From assembly GCA_903813345.2 (NCBI GenBank), contig CAIIXF020000001.1, positions 29,698,001-29,762,000 of the forward strand: a stretch of 64,000 nucleotides of DNA. Direction: 5' to 3'. Below the pieces are notes generated by a model that did not search any database, had not been told where the DNA came from, and was given only the letters and a program-made list of their open reading frames with translations. The DNA is from Owenia fusiformis. Taxonomy: Eukaryota. The position numbers were made by a program, and so were the translations under genes. This document shows, one piece after another, positions 1 to 12,542 of the stretch (its first letter is position 1; the number at the start of each line of letters is the position of its first letter).

Positions 1-258
1 ATAAAATATAATGTTGTGGCTCGTGTCGTCTAGTGGCAGTAACATAAAATGTTAGTTTGATTTCTATTTCTTTTATTGTTCATTGATTAATATAACTTTA
101 CATGTCCTAAGTAATTTCCTGGTTGTAACCGACTGATTATACTCTAAAACTCAACAACTGAATCTTACTCTGCAAAATCACACTGTCTCTAATCAACTCT
201 AAAATCAACTTCGCTGAGGCTACACAATTCTTATTTATATACAGCCTGTTTTTGGCAA

Positions 259-331
259 AGAGCCAGGTTGGCAAATAGCCAACTGGCACCAGGCCAACTG
301 GGCATAAAGCCAACTGGCACTGGGCCAAATG
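259..331. repeat. Short ~15-bp tandem repeat (GCCAACTGGCA core, ~5 copies)
   Basis: agccaggttggcaaat/agccaactggcacca/ggccaactgggcataa/agccaactggcactg/ggccaaatgg. Confidence 0.6.
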
Positions 332-1547
332 GATAAATAATCGAATATACAATAAAAACATGGGTTCAAAGCAAGGGGAGACCTCCGACCACTCCAGGAA
401 ACCCACTAGATCAAAGTACTTATCTTTATTACAGTTGGTTTCCTAGAGGTGTGAAGTGACATGGATGGTCTTATGTAAAGTTACAATTAAATTGAATGAT
501 TAATCCCCAAGAGCAAATATGCATTTCAGTGATAACCCTCTCCCTATTTCTGAGTCAGTTTTAACCCCCTCCCTTTCCTTGACCATCTATGTTACATTAC
601 ATTGTAAAATGTTGTGGCAACGCTGTAACTTAAACATGTATCATCAGGATTCAGGATGTTGAATTTACTTATTAAATACTCTTGAACATTTTCTTATTTA
701 AACCCCTTTGGAGAAAATCAAATTCATTGTAGGTATTGCATTACTAACTATGCTTACATAAGGAATTTGATAAAACTGATGTTTTAAATCCCTTTGTATA
801 GATTATGTATGTTCAAGACATCATGTGTAATATACTTGATATAATATGTAAGTAAATCAACTAATGGTAATATTCATGGATCAAGCCCTACATATCTACA
901 TTCCTCCTTTTTTGTTCAACTTTGGTAATTATGATCAACTAATTTTTGAAATTTTCAAAATAAGGAATGATTATTTGTCCTTTGAAGATGCTGTGTTTCT
1001 AGTTTTTCATTTTGATTTGTTAACACTTGTGAAAATGATTAAAATATTTCCCATACAGTACAATAACTGGATTGGAAGATATAAAAGTTACAGTTGATAT
1101 GTCAAAGTTTTATTTACATTCATGTGATATACAATAAGAATCCAAATTGATAGTATCACTCATTCTAATCCCTATTAACTCTTCTCTAACCAAAGCTTTG
1201 TTGATATACTCCATTTTAGTTATCTATTAATGCTTCTGTAAATGTATTTCAGGTTGTAGGGGGAAGAGGGGATCATAGATACATGATGTATGTCCAATCT
1301 CAGGGTTTGGGACTATTTGAAGATGAAGATAACTGAATTTTTGGGCTAAAGTCGAGTCAATATTGTGACATCCAAGATCAATGTAATTTCATATTTTTGA
1401 CTTTTGTAGTAATGTATTGTGCTTTGTTTAGTCTAGCTACAACCCCTGGCCTTGTGACCCCCCTCCCCCACTACCCATCCCAATAAGTGTGAGGTGTGTA
1501 GTCAGGTAGATGGGGGAGGGGGGAGTCGCAGGCTTGTAGCTAGACCA

Positions 1548-1795
1548 CCCGCCCTTGGGGGGGGCCCAGAAAAAAAGTTGGGCTCAAAAAAAGGCCTTGA
1601 GGCCCCAATCAGTGAGCCTTTTGGACATAACTGAGCCTTTTAAGGCCTTATTTTTAATTTTAGGTTTTTTGAAGAAAATGGGTCTTAAATTTTCAAAATT
1701 TGGGCCTACTTTTTGGTTTCAGGGGCCCAAAATCTTTATCCACGCAACCGCGCAAATCTTTTGCCCCCCCTTGTTGGTTTTCAGATCCGCCCCTG
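1548..1795. mobile_element. Partial MITE ending AGATCCGCCCCTG; related copy at ~8163-8345
   Basis: The two loci share TTTGAAGAAAATG..., TTTTTGGTTT.AGGGGCCCAAA, CCACGCAA.CGCG and CCCCCTTGTTGGTT...CAGATCCGCC segments. Confidence 0.65.
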
Positions 1796-4700
1796 CTACT
1801 GCATGTATAACACACGGTTAGGGATGGTCAAACAAGATGATGAAATGAGGTAGGGTGGGAACTTCATTTAATTTGACACCATTGATGAAGCCAATTATTA
1901 TAATGTGATTCATTATTAAACATTTAATTACAGTATGATGTAATTGATAAGATAGATAGTTGTTGCTTTCCTGTCACACATTTCCTGTCTTTTCTAGAAA
2001 ATATTTAGATAGATTTTAGCAAGGAATATGGTGATGTTCAAACTGTCTCAAGAACATCCTTGCCTTATATTACATGTATTTCCTAAACCTTGTGTTTGAG
2101 AATGGGGGGGGGAGAGGAGTTTAATTTGGAGTGGTGGGGGAAGGGCAACATGAAGTTGGATGGAGAATGTTGGGGGTAACACTGGTTTGAAAGAACTATG
2201 GACACACAGGTGTTTTATACCCCCCCCCCCTCCCCCCAATAGCAAATTTCTTGGTACTCACCAACCTTATACAACTGTAGATTTTATGCACTGTTTGACA
2301 CTGTGGCAATGACAGCAAATATAGATATTTTCATGGTGATTAACTCATATTGTTTTTTATTGATTAACATTTAAATCACAAATTGCTGTCATATTTCTAT
2401 CAGTTGAGCCTGCGATGATTCAGCACTATATGGTAGTAAAGGTTACAGTTTTATATTGTAATTGTAAGGTTATAGTAATAAATGCTTGTTTTTGTTGAAT
2501 AATGATAAACACCACGATGTTGATTTTAATATTAGCATTTTCTGTGATCATCATTTTATTAATCTGCATTAATGTATATCAGCAGTAATGCTAGCTCATA
2601 AAACAATACACGGAATATCCTTTTTTATTTGTTCAATTTATGGTATGTTTCTATATATACCAAGATACTTGTTAAGCCCCAATCCCATGTCCATGTAATT
2701 TTCATTGATCTACCATTCAATCATAAAATAAAAAATATTGTAATTAATAACGGCATTCAGACTTTTTTCTTTGAATGGTGATACGGCCAGCATGATGTCC
2801 AGCTATCATGTTGCATTGATCACATGACAAGATACTAGATTTTCGATTGATTAAACAGCTGAAATTAACCAGCCAATTATGTTTCACTACCGATACCAGC
2901 ATATTAAAACTGCCACCCCTGTCTTCCTTTATTCCTTTATCTGTTTAGTGACTTCAAGAGACCCTATTGTTGTTTATTGTTTACTGACTGACATGGCCCT
3001 CATGTACCCATATATTTATCTCCTCATCAACTGTTGATCATCATTTCAGGGTATAACTACTGGAACTACTGAACAAGCAAGTGAACTGTTGACCACCATA
3101 TCAGGGTGGAACTGCTGAACAAACTCACTAAACATGGGATAGCAACTGAAAGAATATGGACTTTTAATCCCTATAAGGTCAGTTCTCAATTAGGAATTCA
3201 CACTTTAAAATACAAACATCCTTCACAATGGACTGATAAAAAGTCAGCCCTGTATATCCAGGTGGGGGGAGGCTTTCTGAGTCAGTTTTCAAGCCATTTT
3301 TAGGCCAAAGTTGTCAAATGTGAACAAACTTTAAAAGCTGTTTCCGGGTCTACAGGCCCACGTCGATTCATGCCATTCAAATTTTAGAGGAGTTTCCAAA
3401 ATACTTCTGACATTAAAATAGTCAACTTCTTCATTCCAACAAAGATTAGTGAGTGATCTGGGTGGTTTTATAGGCCTTTATAGTTTATTCATAGCTTTTT
3501 GTTCACACAGTTGATCTCAGGTTAATCCCCCTTGTCTTTCACTCTCTGTTTGGCCACCCATTATTCATGGGATCGTTTCTATCACCTTTGACTTCACTGA
3601 TATTGATATCTAGTCTCATCATTAACAGGGTTTTGAGATATGGAATAGAGTATTTCAGCTACTTTTCAGTGTTTCCAATTTACCATGGTTTGTAGACCTT
3701 AGGAGGAGAGTAAATCATTTTTACAGATTGTAAAGCAATGCATTACTTTTCATGGACCAAGGATGCATCCTTTTTACTCAAGATTTTCTCAAATATACTT
3801 ATTTACTTTAATTATCAACCTTCAACTAAAATCCTCCAGCTTCTAGCTTGACCCTAGATCACCAGACAAACATTTCTTTTATAAACAGTCTATTAAAACC
3901 TAGAGAACCTATTTGTACTTTAACAATCTGATCAAGGCCATGTTATTAAAAGGCAAATGAATAAATTCTGAGTGAAAAAAAGTAATTGTGAAAATTCACA
4001 TATTGCACAAATATACTGAGTTTATATATAATAAAAGCATAAGGGTTTGGAGTGTCCTTGAGCTATTGATTTGTCTTTTAATGCTAAAGCTGTTGTCATT
4101 ATCTCTTTCTTAAGAGATTAACCAGAGGCTCGCATTAAAGCTCTACCCTCTGTAGATGAAGCTCTCCAATTAAGAGATGGGAAATGAAATTCTTTACAAA
4201 TGATATTTTGAAAGGCATTCTGAACAAAGAAAAGTAATTTTAGAAAAAATGTAATAATTAAAAAATATTGAGGTATTTTGTTTGCTGTGGTCTCCTCAAG
4301 CACTGTTGAGAGCTGTGGGCCGTGTGTTTCCTATCCATAATATGTACAAGTATTTTTTGTTTTTTGAAATTAAACAGATAATAGCTTGGAATTAACAAAA
4401 ATACAGTGTATTGTAGCTTGTAAAAAATGTCATTAAATTCATATATTGGAGAGAAATGTTTTGAAATCATAATCATATACTAGTTTTATGATTAGTAGTG
4501 GTATTTTAAGAATAGGTGATATTTAATGTTTTGTCTGCAGATCAGCTGATGATCATCCATTCTCATTCATCCTCTATTGTTGCCATGTGTTACCAACCAA
4601 CATCTTTGAAAATATGATAAACCTATTTTTACAGGCAATATCAAGCTAGAAATACTGATGTATATGTGACTAATGGGTCATTATTATGACATCAAAGAGT

Positions 4701-5381
4701 CAATAAAATATATATGTATGTGAAGTATTTCTTAAAAACCTTGAATAACATGGATTTTCTAGTATATGATAATATTTCATACTTCTTACATGGTTTAAAT
4801 TGCAAGGGAACCTCAGTTTCATCCCTCATCGCCACAGTGTAGTGTAGCTTTATCTTACCCTTTGGTGTTTAGTTTTTATGCGCCTTTGTGAAAACATGTA
4901 CTGGGAGTGTGTGCGACAGCCTTGGCGTGTGTTAGGTTCAATTTATTCAATAAACCAACGTTTTTTCTTTCTTTTGAAGCGTTTATGCCAATTTAAGTCC
5001 CAAACGACCTGGTTGCTTATTGAAGGAAGTATAATTTTTGTATTAAGTGGTGGGAAGTGTCTGATTAGGGCTAATTATTTTAACATTATTTCAGGATTCT
5101 ATTATTGAACCAATGGATATGGTAAAGCATTATTGACTTTCACTTAATTACATGAACTGCTGTTACCTACTATCAATATATTGTTTGAATAAAGAACAAC
5201 AAATGGGGGCACTTCTTTTTTATTAAGGGCACCTTTTTATGCCAGAAAGGTTAAACCTGTTGACCATGCAATGTTTGTTTTATCAATAAAAGGCTGTATC
5301 CATGTAATGAAATCAAATTATTTTTTGAATAGAGTTAGAATAATGATAAATGCACTAATATGTAGTCAACAGTTGGAGATA

Positions 5382-7044
5382 CAGTAAAACCTGTCTCATC
5401 TGAACACTACTGTGATTGGCTAAAAGCGTTTGGACTGTGAGGTATTCACATTTCAAGGACGCTAAAGCGTTTGGACTGTGAGGTATTCACATTTCAAGGT
5501 TTTTGTATGTTTGGGAGTCAGGATTTTGGAAAAATATTAACACAATCCCAATAAATGTTTATAGTTCAATTGAACTCACACAAAATTCTGACCTACCAAT
5601 ATTTTTTTTATATTGTGATCTGATTTCAATTTAATAGAAATGATATGTTATGATTGACCCCTTTCAAATCTTTGGATATTATATATAGATCAGATTGCAT
5701 TGATATGCATCAACTTAATAATAACATTTTATACTTAACTAATGAAATGATCACATACTTTTTTTCAAACAAGTTTGTGATTATGTGATTCTGATCTACC
5801 TGAACGGTGATTTAAAAAATGCTTTGAGCTATTTTGTTGATTTGTGAAGTGTTCACATAAGACAGTTTTTTCTAATATGACTGCTCACTGTTCAAATTGA
5901 GAGATGATCCCATTTCAAGGTTGTTATTATAACATGGGAGTCAATGGTGGAAAAACAGGACCAGGAAAAATGTCAGATTGGGATAATTAAGGTGCTTGAA
6001 TATACAGGTTTGACTCACGCCCGGTGATCGTGAATATGGGACGGAGGGGGGGAGCAGGCAATTTCTGCTAGGAAATTCAACAAATCTGGAAGATTTATTT
6101 TTTTAAGAAAAAGTTTACTATTGAATTGCTAAATGGATAGGCGCACGGTATGGTAGAATATGTTAGGTTTTCTGGGATTTTTTCTGAAACGATACGCATC
6201 TAAGGTATGAGATCTATTAAAAAAGGCGCAAGGCCATCAACAGGGACAAATCAACGTTTTGGCTATAAATCAAGCAACAATGGACTGCACGACCTGTAAT
6301 AAATACTTGTAAGTGATGTTATCATAACTAAATTAATGTCATTGCTGAATTTATAAAATAAGTTTCCAAACGTAAAATAAAAAATAATCGAAAATAATTA
6401 AAATGGGACGGAGGGGGGGAGGGGACGGAGGGGGGGAGTAATAATTCTATAAAGTGAAACAACTTCACATGAATTCTTGTATTTGAAAAATGAACTCATT
6501 AACTTAGTAAGAAACTGGATGATATACCCCTGGAGACTGAAAAATGGGGACATTTGAAGTAAAAGGACTTAAAGTCGCGAAACATCTCTAATCATGTCTT
6601 ATATACATATTGCTCCCCCCCCTCCGTCCCCTCCCCCCCCTCCGTCCCAAATTCATTATTTTCGATTATTTTTTATTTCACGTATGGAAACTTATTTTAT
6701 AAATTCAGCAATGACATTAATTTAGTTATGATAACATCACTTACAAGTATTTATTACAGGTCGTCCAGACCATTGTTGCTTGATTTATAGCCAAAAACGT
6801 TGATTTGTCCCTGTTGATGGCCTTGCGCCTTTTTTAATAGATCTCATACCTTAGATGTGTATCGTTTCAGAAAAAATCCCAGAAAACCTAACATATTCTA
6901 CCATACCGTGCGCCTATCCATTTAGCAATTCAATAGTAAACTTTTCTAGAAAAAATAAATCTTCCAGATTTGTTGAATTTCCTAGCAGAAATTGCCTGCT
7001 CCCCCCCCTCCGTCCCATATTCACGATCACCGGGCGTGTGACTG
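5382..7044. mobile_element. Tc1/mariner-type MITE, interrupted in its right TIR by the foldback element
   Basis: TA|CAGTAAAACCTGT left end; right end ACAGGTTTGACT|G split by the insertion; internal ~42-bp tandem duplication at 5419-5499; same end type as 11368-11540. Confidence 0.7.
6016..7038. mobile_element. Foldback non-autonomous DNA transposon, ~425-bp inverted arms, CAC...GTG ends, 5-bp TSD (Transib-like)
   Basis: 6016-~6441 is the reverse complement of ~6608-7038 with scattered mismatches; TGACT duplicated at 6011-6015 and 7039-7043. Confidence 0.88.
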
Positions 7045-10000
7045 TGCATTAAAATGAAAGGAGGGGATCAAAATTACCGTCTCATTTGGTGGATACTTGG
7101 AGGCAACTATTTAAATAAAGGAAGACAAATGATTTCCAATAAATGATCCTATTCACTGAAACACAGGAAGGTGGATGGATTTTTATTATTTTTCTTGTAA
7201 AATTACCCTGGATTCATCAACCTTAAATGACCCGATATTGGCAAACTATTTTAAGATATGTTTATACCACCTGTCAATGTTTTTATGTGAATTCTTCAAT
7301 TGTTTCTTTGAAAACATTGCATGTTCACCTTTTCTCTTTTTATTTTTTATTTATTTATCAACTGTTTTAATTGATTTGTTTTGCTAACAAACATGCCAGT
7401 GTAAACTTGTATATTTACTTGATCTCAGTATATAAATGAAAATACATCGTATGTCCAAATTATCTAAGCAATGTTTACACGTCCTTGTTCAAAGACAGTA
7501 AGTTAATCACATCAAGTTTTGTTGAAAATCATTAAATTGAATTTGTTAAGCAACACCTGGTCGTAGCATTAAATAAAAGATGTCACATAATAACACAGAA
7601 TAATGTATTTTTGTGTGCTTTGTATTGAATAATCTTTACAACTTCTGAAGTTTTTACTTAGTTTTATTATTAAGTAGACGACAGCTGGAATCAAATAAAT
7701 TTTGTGCAGCAATCCAATATTTTATCGAAAAAAGGCTAAATTATGAGACAGAGTGGCGGTAATTACATTTTCTTGGTTTCCAGGTGAACTTTTACAGCCA
7801 GTGTGTCTTTTAGTAGAACTAATTTGCAGATCTGTAGACCTAAATGCTTATGAGCACTCGATAATGATTTCAGTAGATATAAGTACTTGAAGTATAGGAA
7901 AGAAATTCAAAGAATAAGGAAAATTATTTGAGCTGTCCTTATGTAGCATATTGCTTAAAATGATCATTAACAAGGGTCTGTTTGGATCACTTTTATATTT
8001 GGTTCCATGATATGAAATCAATGCTAGACTTTTTATTATGTCATGTTTCGGTACAATTGGCAATTAAACAAAATATAAACCAGCCTTCACATATCTGATC
8101 TAGAATGGGAGCTTTGTGTACTGTTAGATGCCAGTGTACAAGCCTGCTTTGTAAAGGTTCCACAGGCGGATCTGGTCATAACTGGGCCTTATTTTTTGAT
8201 TTTAGGCCAAATTTTGAAGAAAATGAGCCTCAAAATTTGGGCCCACTTTTTGGTTTTAGGGGCCCAAACTTTTTTTCCACGCAAGCGCGAACATTTTTTT
8301 CTCAGACCTGAAATTTGGACCCCCTTGTTGGTTACCAGATCCGCCAAACCAGATTGGGGTCTCTCAATGAGACATTGCTGATTCTATGCTGTTGTATGTG
8401 ACTCGCCCATATATACTCTAAAGGTACTGATGGTTTAAAATAGTAAATTATATTAAGAAGTTGTGATATGCTGTGATATGTCATTGCAACATTTGACCGA
8501 GATCACTTTTCTGAATGATTCTGTTCCTTGTTGTTCATAATCTCAAACAACAGTACATTATTTGCAGACAGAGAGTATAAATTGCCTTGCATTTTTCAAA
8601 AGTATCATTTATAGATTAGAGGAATTAATAAATAATTGGAGCACAGTGCTAATGAGTGTTTTTAACAGAAGAATTTTAAATCAATGGTGCATGGTATAAT
8701 AAACCTTGGCTAGAACAATGTAGTTGTATGCTTTACTCGAGGCTGTGTTTACACCTTTTCAGAAATAGCAGATTTATTAGTTCTACATGATTGTATTTTT
8801 TTGTTGAACATTTTTATTCATTGTGTTCCATGAATAATAGTCACATTTACACATATTGTATTTTTAAGTGTGTTTTTGAAGCATTTTTTGTTGTTATGAC
8901 ATCATGGTTTTAATGCCACCAATAAATGGTTAGAGTTTAGATATCATTTTTCATCATGATAAACCGATGACATCTCATTTCTTCTCAGCCAAGTTGAACT
9001 TTTTGGCAGTATGTCCTTTGCTTGAAATTGTACATATAGTTTGGCCAGTTAGGTCTAGAAGTTTCCACAAAATAAAAGTTTAAAGTTTTAAAAACTACCA
9101 CCATTAAGTTGTTGAAATATCATATTTTGGGCACAAGTCTAAGATTTTGTAAAGAATTAACCTGAAAAGTTTGAATTGTCCACAACTTTAGAAATCACCC
9201 TGTGAGCCAAGTAACCATGGTACTCTTTTATTCCATTATGTATTTGTATCATACAAAATTGGAAGCTGAATCAACAAAAAACAATCTTCCACAGACCAAT
9301 GCATTAACACATACCAGTATATGTACAATGTGGCATTGTTTTCCTGCCATAGTGTTTATTTGTATTGATGCCATTAAATAAAAGCATATGTCATAGAATT
9401 GCCATGCAGAATTGATATATCATAGTTTATGCATTCAACTGAATTGTCAGTTTCATGCAAAAGGACAATAACAGGAATCAGCTGGTTTGAGGTTTAAGGT
9501 AGATGTGCATGATGAGAATTTCCATATAGTTTTCAATGATTATTAATGAATGAGATGGATAATGTTTTTCATATTTTAATGTTGATATTTAAAGATTGTG
9601 GAAGAAATAGTTCAAAATGAAAATATTGGAATTTGATAGAATTGAAATGACAATTTGCCAAATATTCCAATCGTTATTGTGAATATGTGGAATTACCTTA
9701 AGGAAATTAATATTATCAGAAAATATTGAGTATCAAATGAAGAAAATCAGAAATCAGAAATATAAGGATATTGTTGACTCTTTACTTATGTTATTTTGTT
9801 TTGTTGGTGCTTACCTTCATATTCTTGTTCTATTTGTTTTGTTCCTTATGTCACTCAAAGTTGATTATATGTTTAATATCCTGGCAAAGGCCAAATCTTA
9901 GGAGGGTTGGAAGTGAAAACACAAACAAATTAAAAAAACTTTATTTATTGTATTTCTCTTAGGATTTTAAATAATTCAGTGATAAAATATTATTACAAAT

Positions 10001-11367
10001 ACAAAGAGAGTAATTTTTGGTAACATACCTGTTGAGTTCAATTGAACGTTTTAATGCAGACAATACTGAAGCTGAAATACACATAGTACAGGTTTTCAAT
10101 TTGGGAATTCTTTTTACGATACTTTGATCTAAGATTATACAATTTTAAAGTTTCTCTTGTCATTTGGATTCATTACAAGTTTATATATTAGCACTTTAAA
10201 TTTTTTGTTCTTTTCTGAAAATTTGTTTAAATCATAGAAGGAAGATGACGTTAAACATTAATTAAACTTTGCATTGCCTTATATTAAATTGAATTTCTCA
10301 ATTAATTTATGTCCCTAATGAACTATTTCAGAGAAATTGACTTTCTTTTTTTAACCTCTCATCCTCTTTATATACAGTACTTCTTCAATGACTTAAAAAT
10401 ACAAATACAGTATGCTACATGCAAAAGGTCGTACTTCAATAATTACAAGACTTTCCATTTCATCATTCATTTAGATCTATGAAGCAGCAAATAGCGAAGC
10501 CATTGACTCATTATTCATCCACACATTTTGTACAAAAACTCTTCTTTTTTAATCGGCACCTGCCTGGTGCAAAATCATTAGTCATCTCCATCTTTTCTCT
10601 GTCAAAACTCCGCCAAATTGTTCGTTTCTCGGCTATAAACTGTCATGTGGAAGAAGTGATCTGAATTGATTTCTTTGAGGCTATATAAGTGTCATTCGTC
10701 ACTGGAGGCTCGTGGCTTTTGCTTGTAGTCTTTAGTTGGTTAATGTCATCTTTAAATGGGTTAATGCATGTCTAGGATTCTTCTCCGATGCTACAAATAT
10801 CAATTACTCAGTATATGTCTAGGTCCCGACTTCCACACCTTTGGCTGAATATTCCTATGAATTGCCTCATGGATTTATTATCTTTTCTTAAACCATTCTG
10901 ATTAGTTTCAACTATTTTCAAGCAACATCAAATGTCAATCAAACCTTGGTGATGTTAATACATAGTACATTGAAATAAAAAATAAACAATTTGTTTTAAT
11001 TCACCTTACATTATTATTAAAGATATAAACAATATCGGTTTTTATCATAGGAAAGATATTAGCCTGGGGTAGTTTGCTGAGAGCTCCTTATAACAATAGG
11101 TACAAGTCAAAACATGAGAAATAATGTGACCTTTTTGCTTATTTCAATTGTAAATACCAGTTCATCGACAGAACAGATAAATCACAAGTAAAGAATTCAC
11201 ACCTATCAAACATTAAAACTTCACAGTCCGTTTCATATTTTAATAACATTTATAGAAGTGTTTTCAGAAAAAGTTCAAACATTTTGGAAAAAGAAATGGT
11301 TGTTAATTGAATACTTTTATGTGATTCTGAAAATCATGGATGAATACATGTATTCTGAATCCCAGTA

Positions 11368-11540
11368 CAGTAAAACCTGTCTTAGTGAACACCTCTCTAG
11401 TTAACACCTAAGTTTAGTAAACACCAGTTAAAGAAACATTCTACATTGACTTCTGTATAATCCCCTCTGTAATTAACACCTACCTACAATGAACACCTTT
11501 TTGTGGCTCCATAGGTGTTCACCATATACAGGTGTTACTG
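11368..11540. mobile_element. Tc1/mariner-type MITE
   Basis: TA|CAGTAAAACCTGT ... ACAGGTGTTACTG|TA, with internal AACACC subterminal repeats. Confidence 0.8.
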
Positions 11541-12389
11541 TACATGTATATATTATTCTCAGTATCCTTCGTTTGCATTGCAGTATGCATTCGTTTGACT
11601 TCACTTCTTAAAAGAGAGCTTCGTCTTCACTCTTTCAAACTAAAATAAACCTTTGAACTCACCGCGCCAATCAGTGTTCGTCGGCCAAATTTGACCGACG
11701 TTCTATATATGGTCATTTCTTCTGACATCATCGTTGAGCCCGGAATTGACCAATGACATGCGCATATTTAATTAGAACGCATTTGGCGTATGTTTCTTCA
11801 AGCTCGCTAATTAGTGGAAGAAAGGTCAGCGCGTAGGTCAGAAGTGATTTATTACCCAAACTGTCACCGGTTCCCGTCGTGGGGGCAGGGCTACTAAACT
11901 GTAATATGGTCTCTACTAGGCAGAGTGTTGTTTAACTAGACTCTGCACGCAGGGTATAATCTCAGTAAAATGAAATAGATTTTCACAGGTGAATTAAATG
12001 AGAGCATCTACAGTAATTCTAAAAACAAGTACACTATACAGTTGTCTATTCTTTAGGCCATTGTTGAACCAGTTCTTGTTTTATTGCCTTTTAAGATTAG
12101 GTCCTGTCTCTGAAGTCGGATAGCATCACCATGTGGTATATAAATTACGTTTTTTTCTTATTCATGTGATTTAAATACATTTTCTTGAACTGAATAGAAA
12201 TACGATTGGAGATTTATTTACTTGTTTTATATTATTGGACATTTATCAGGAGAAATGTATAACTATTAGTTCATATTTAAATAAACATCATGAAGTTGAC
12301 ATAAAGGTATTATGATGTATGTTTATATAAATATGCAACAAATTGAAAATGCACTTGGCTCATAATATGTGTGTTAATATGACCCAAGT

Positions 12390-12542
12390 CAGGCCTGTTA
12401 CCAAAAATTCTTTCAAAATAATGCAGTTTTTCACCATTCTGAGCCCTTTTCCTGTGATTTTGCGCCAAAGTTGTCAAAAGCGATCCACCTTGGAAATTTT
12501 TGAAAAGTGAGCCCCCCTTTGCAAAAGCTGGCTATGGGCCTA
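12390..12542. mobile_element. Same CAGG-ended MITE family, opposite orientation; further partial copies near 3245-3360, 14402-14590, 16762-16905, 60359-60427 and 61370-61499
   Basis: CAAGT|CAGGCCTGTTACC ... GGCTATGGGCCTA|CAAGT; shared internal AAAAGTGAxCCCCC motifs. Confidence 0.7.
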
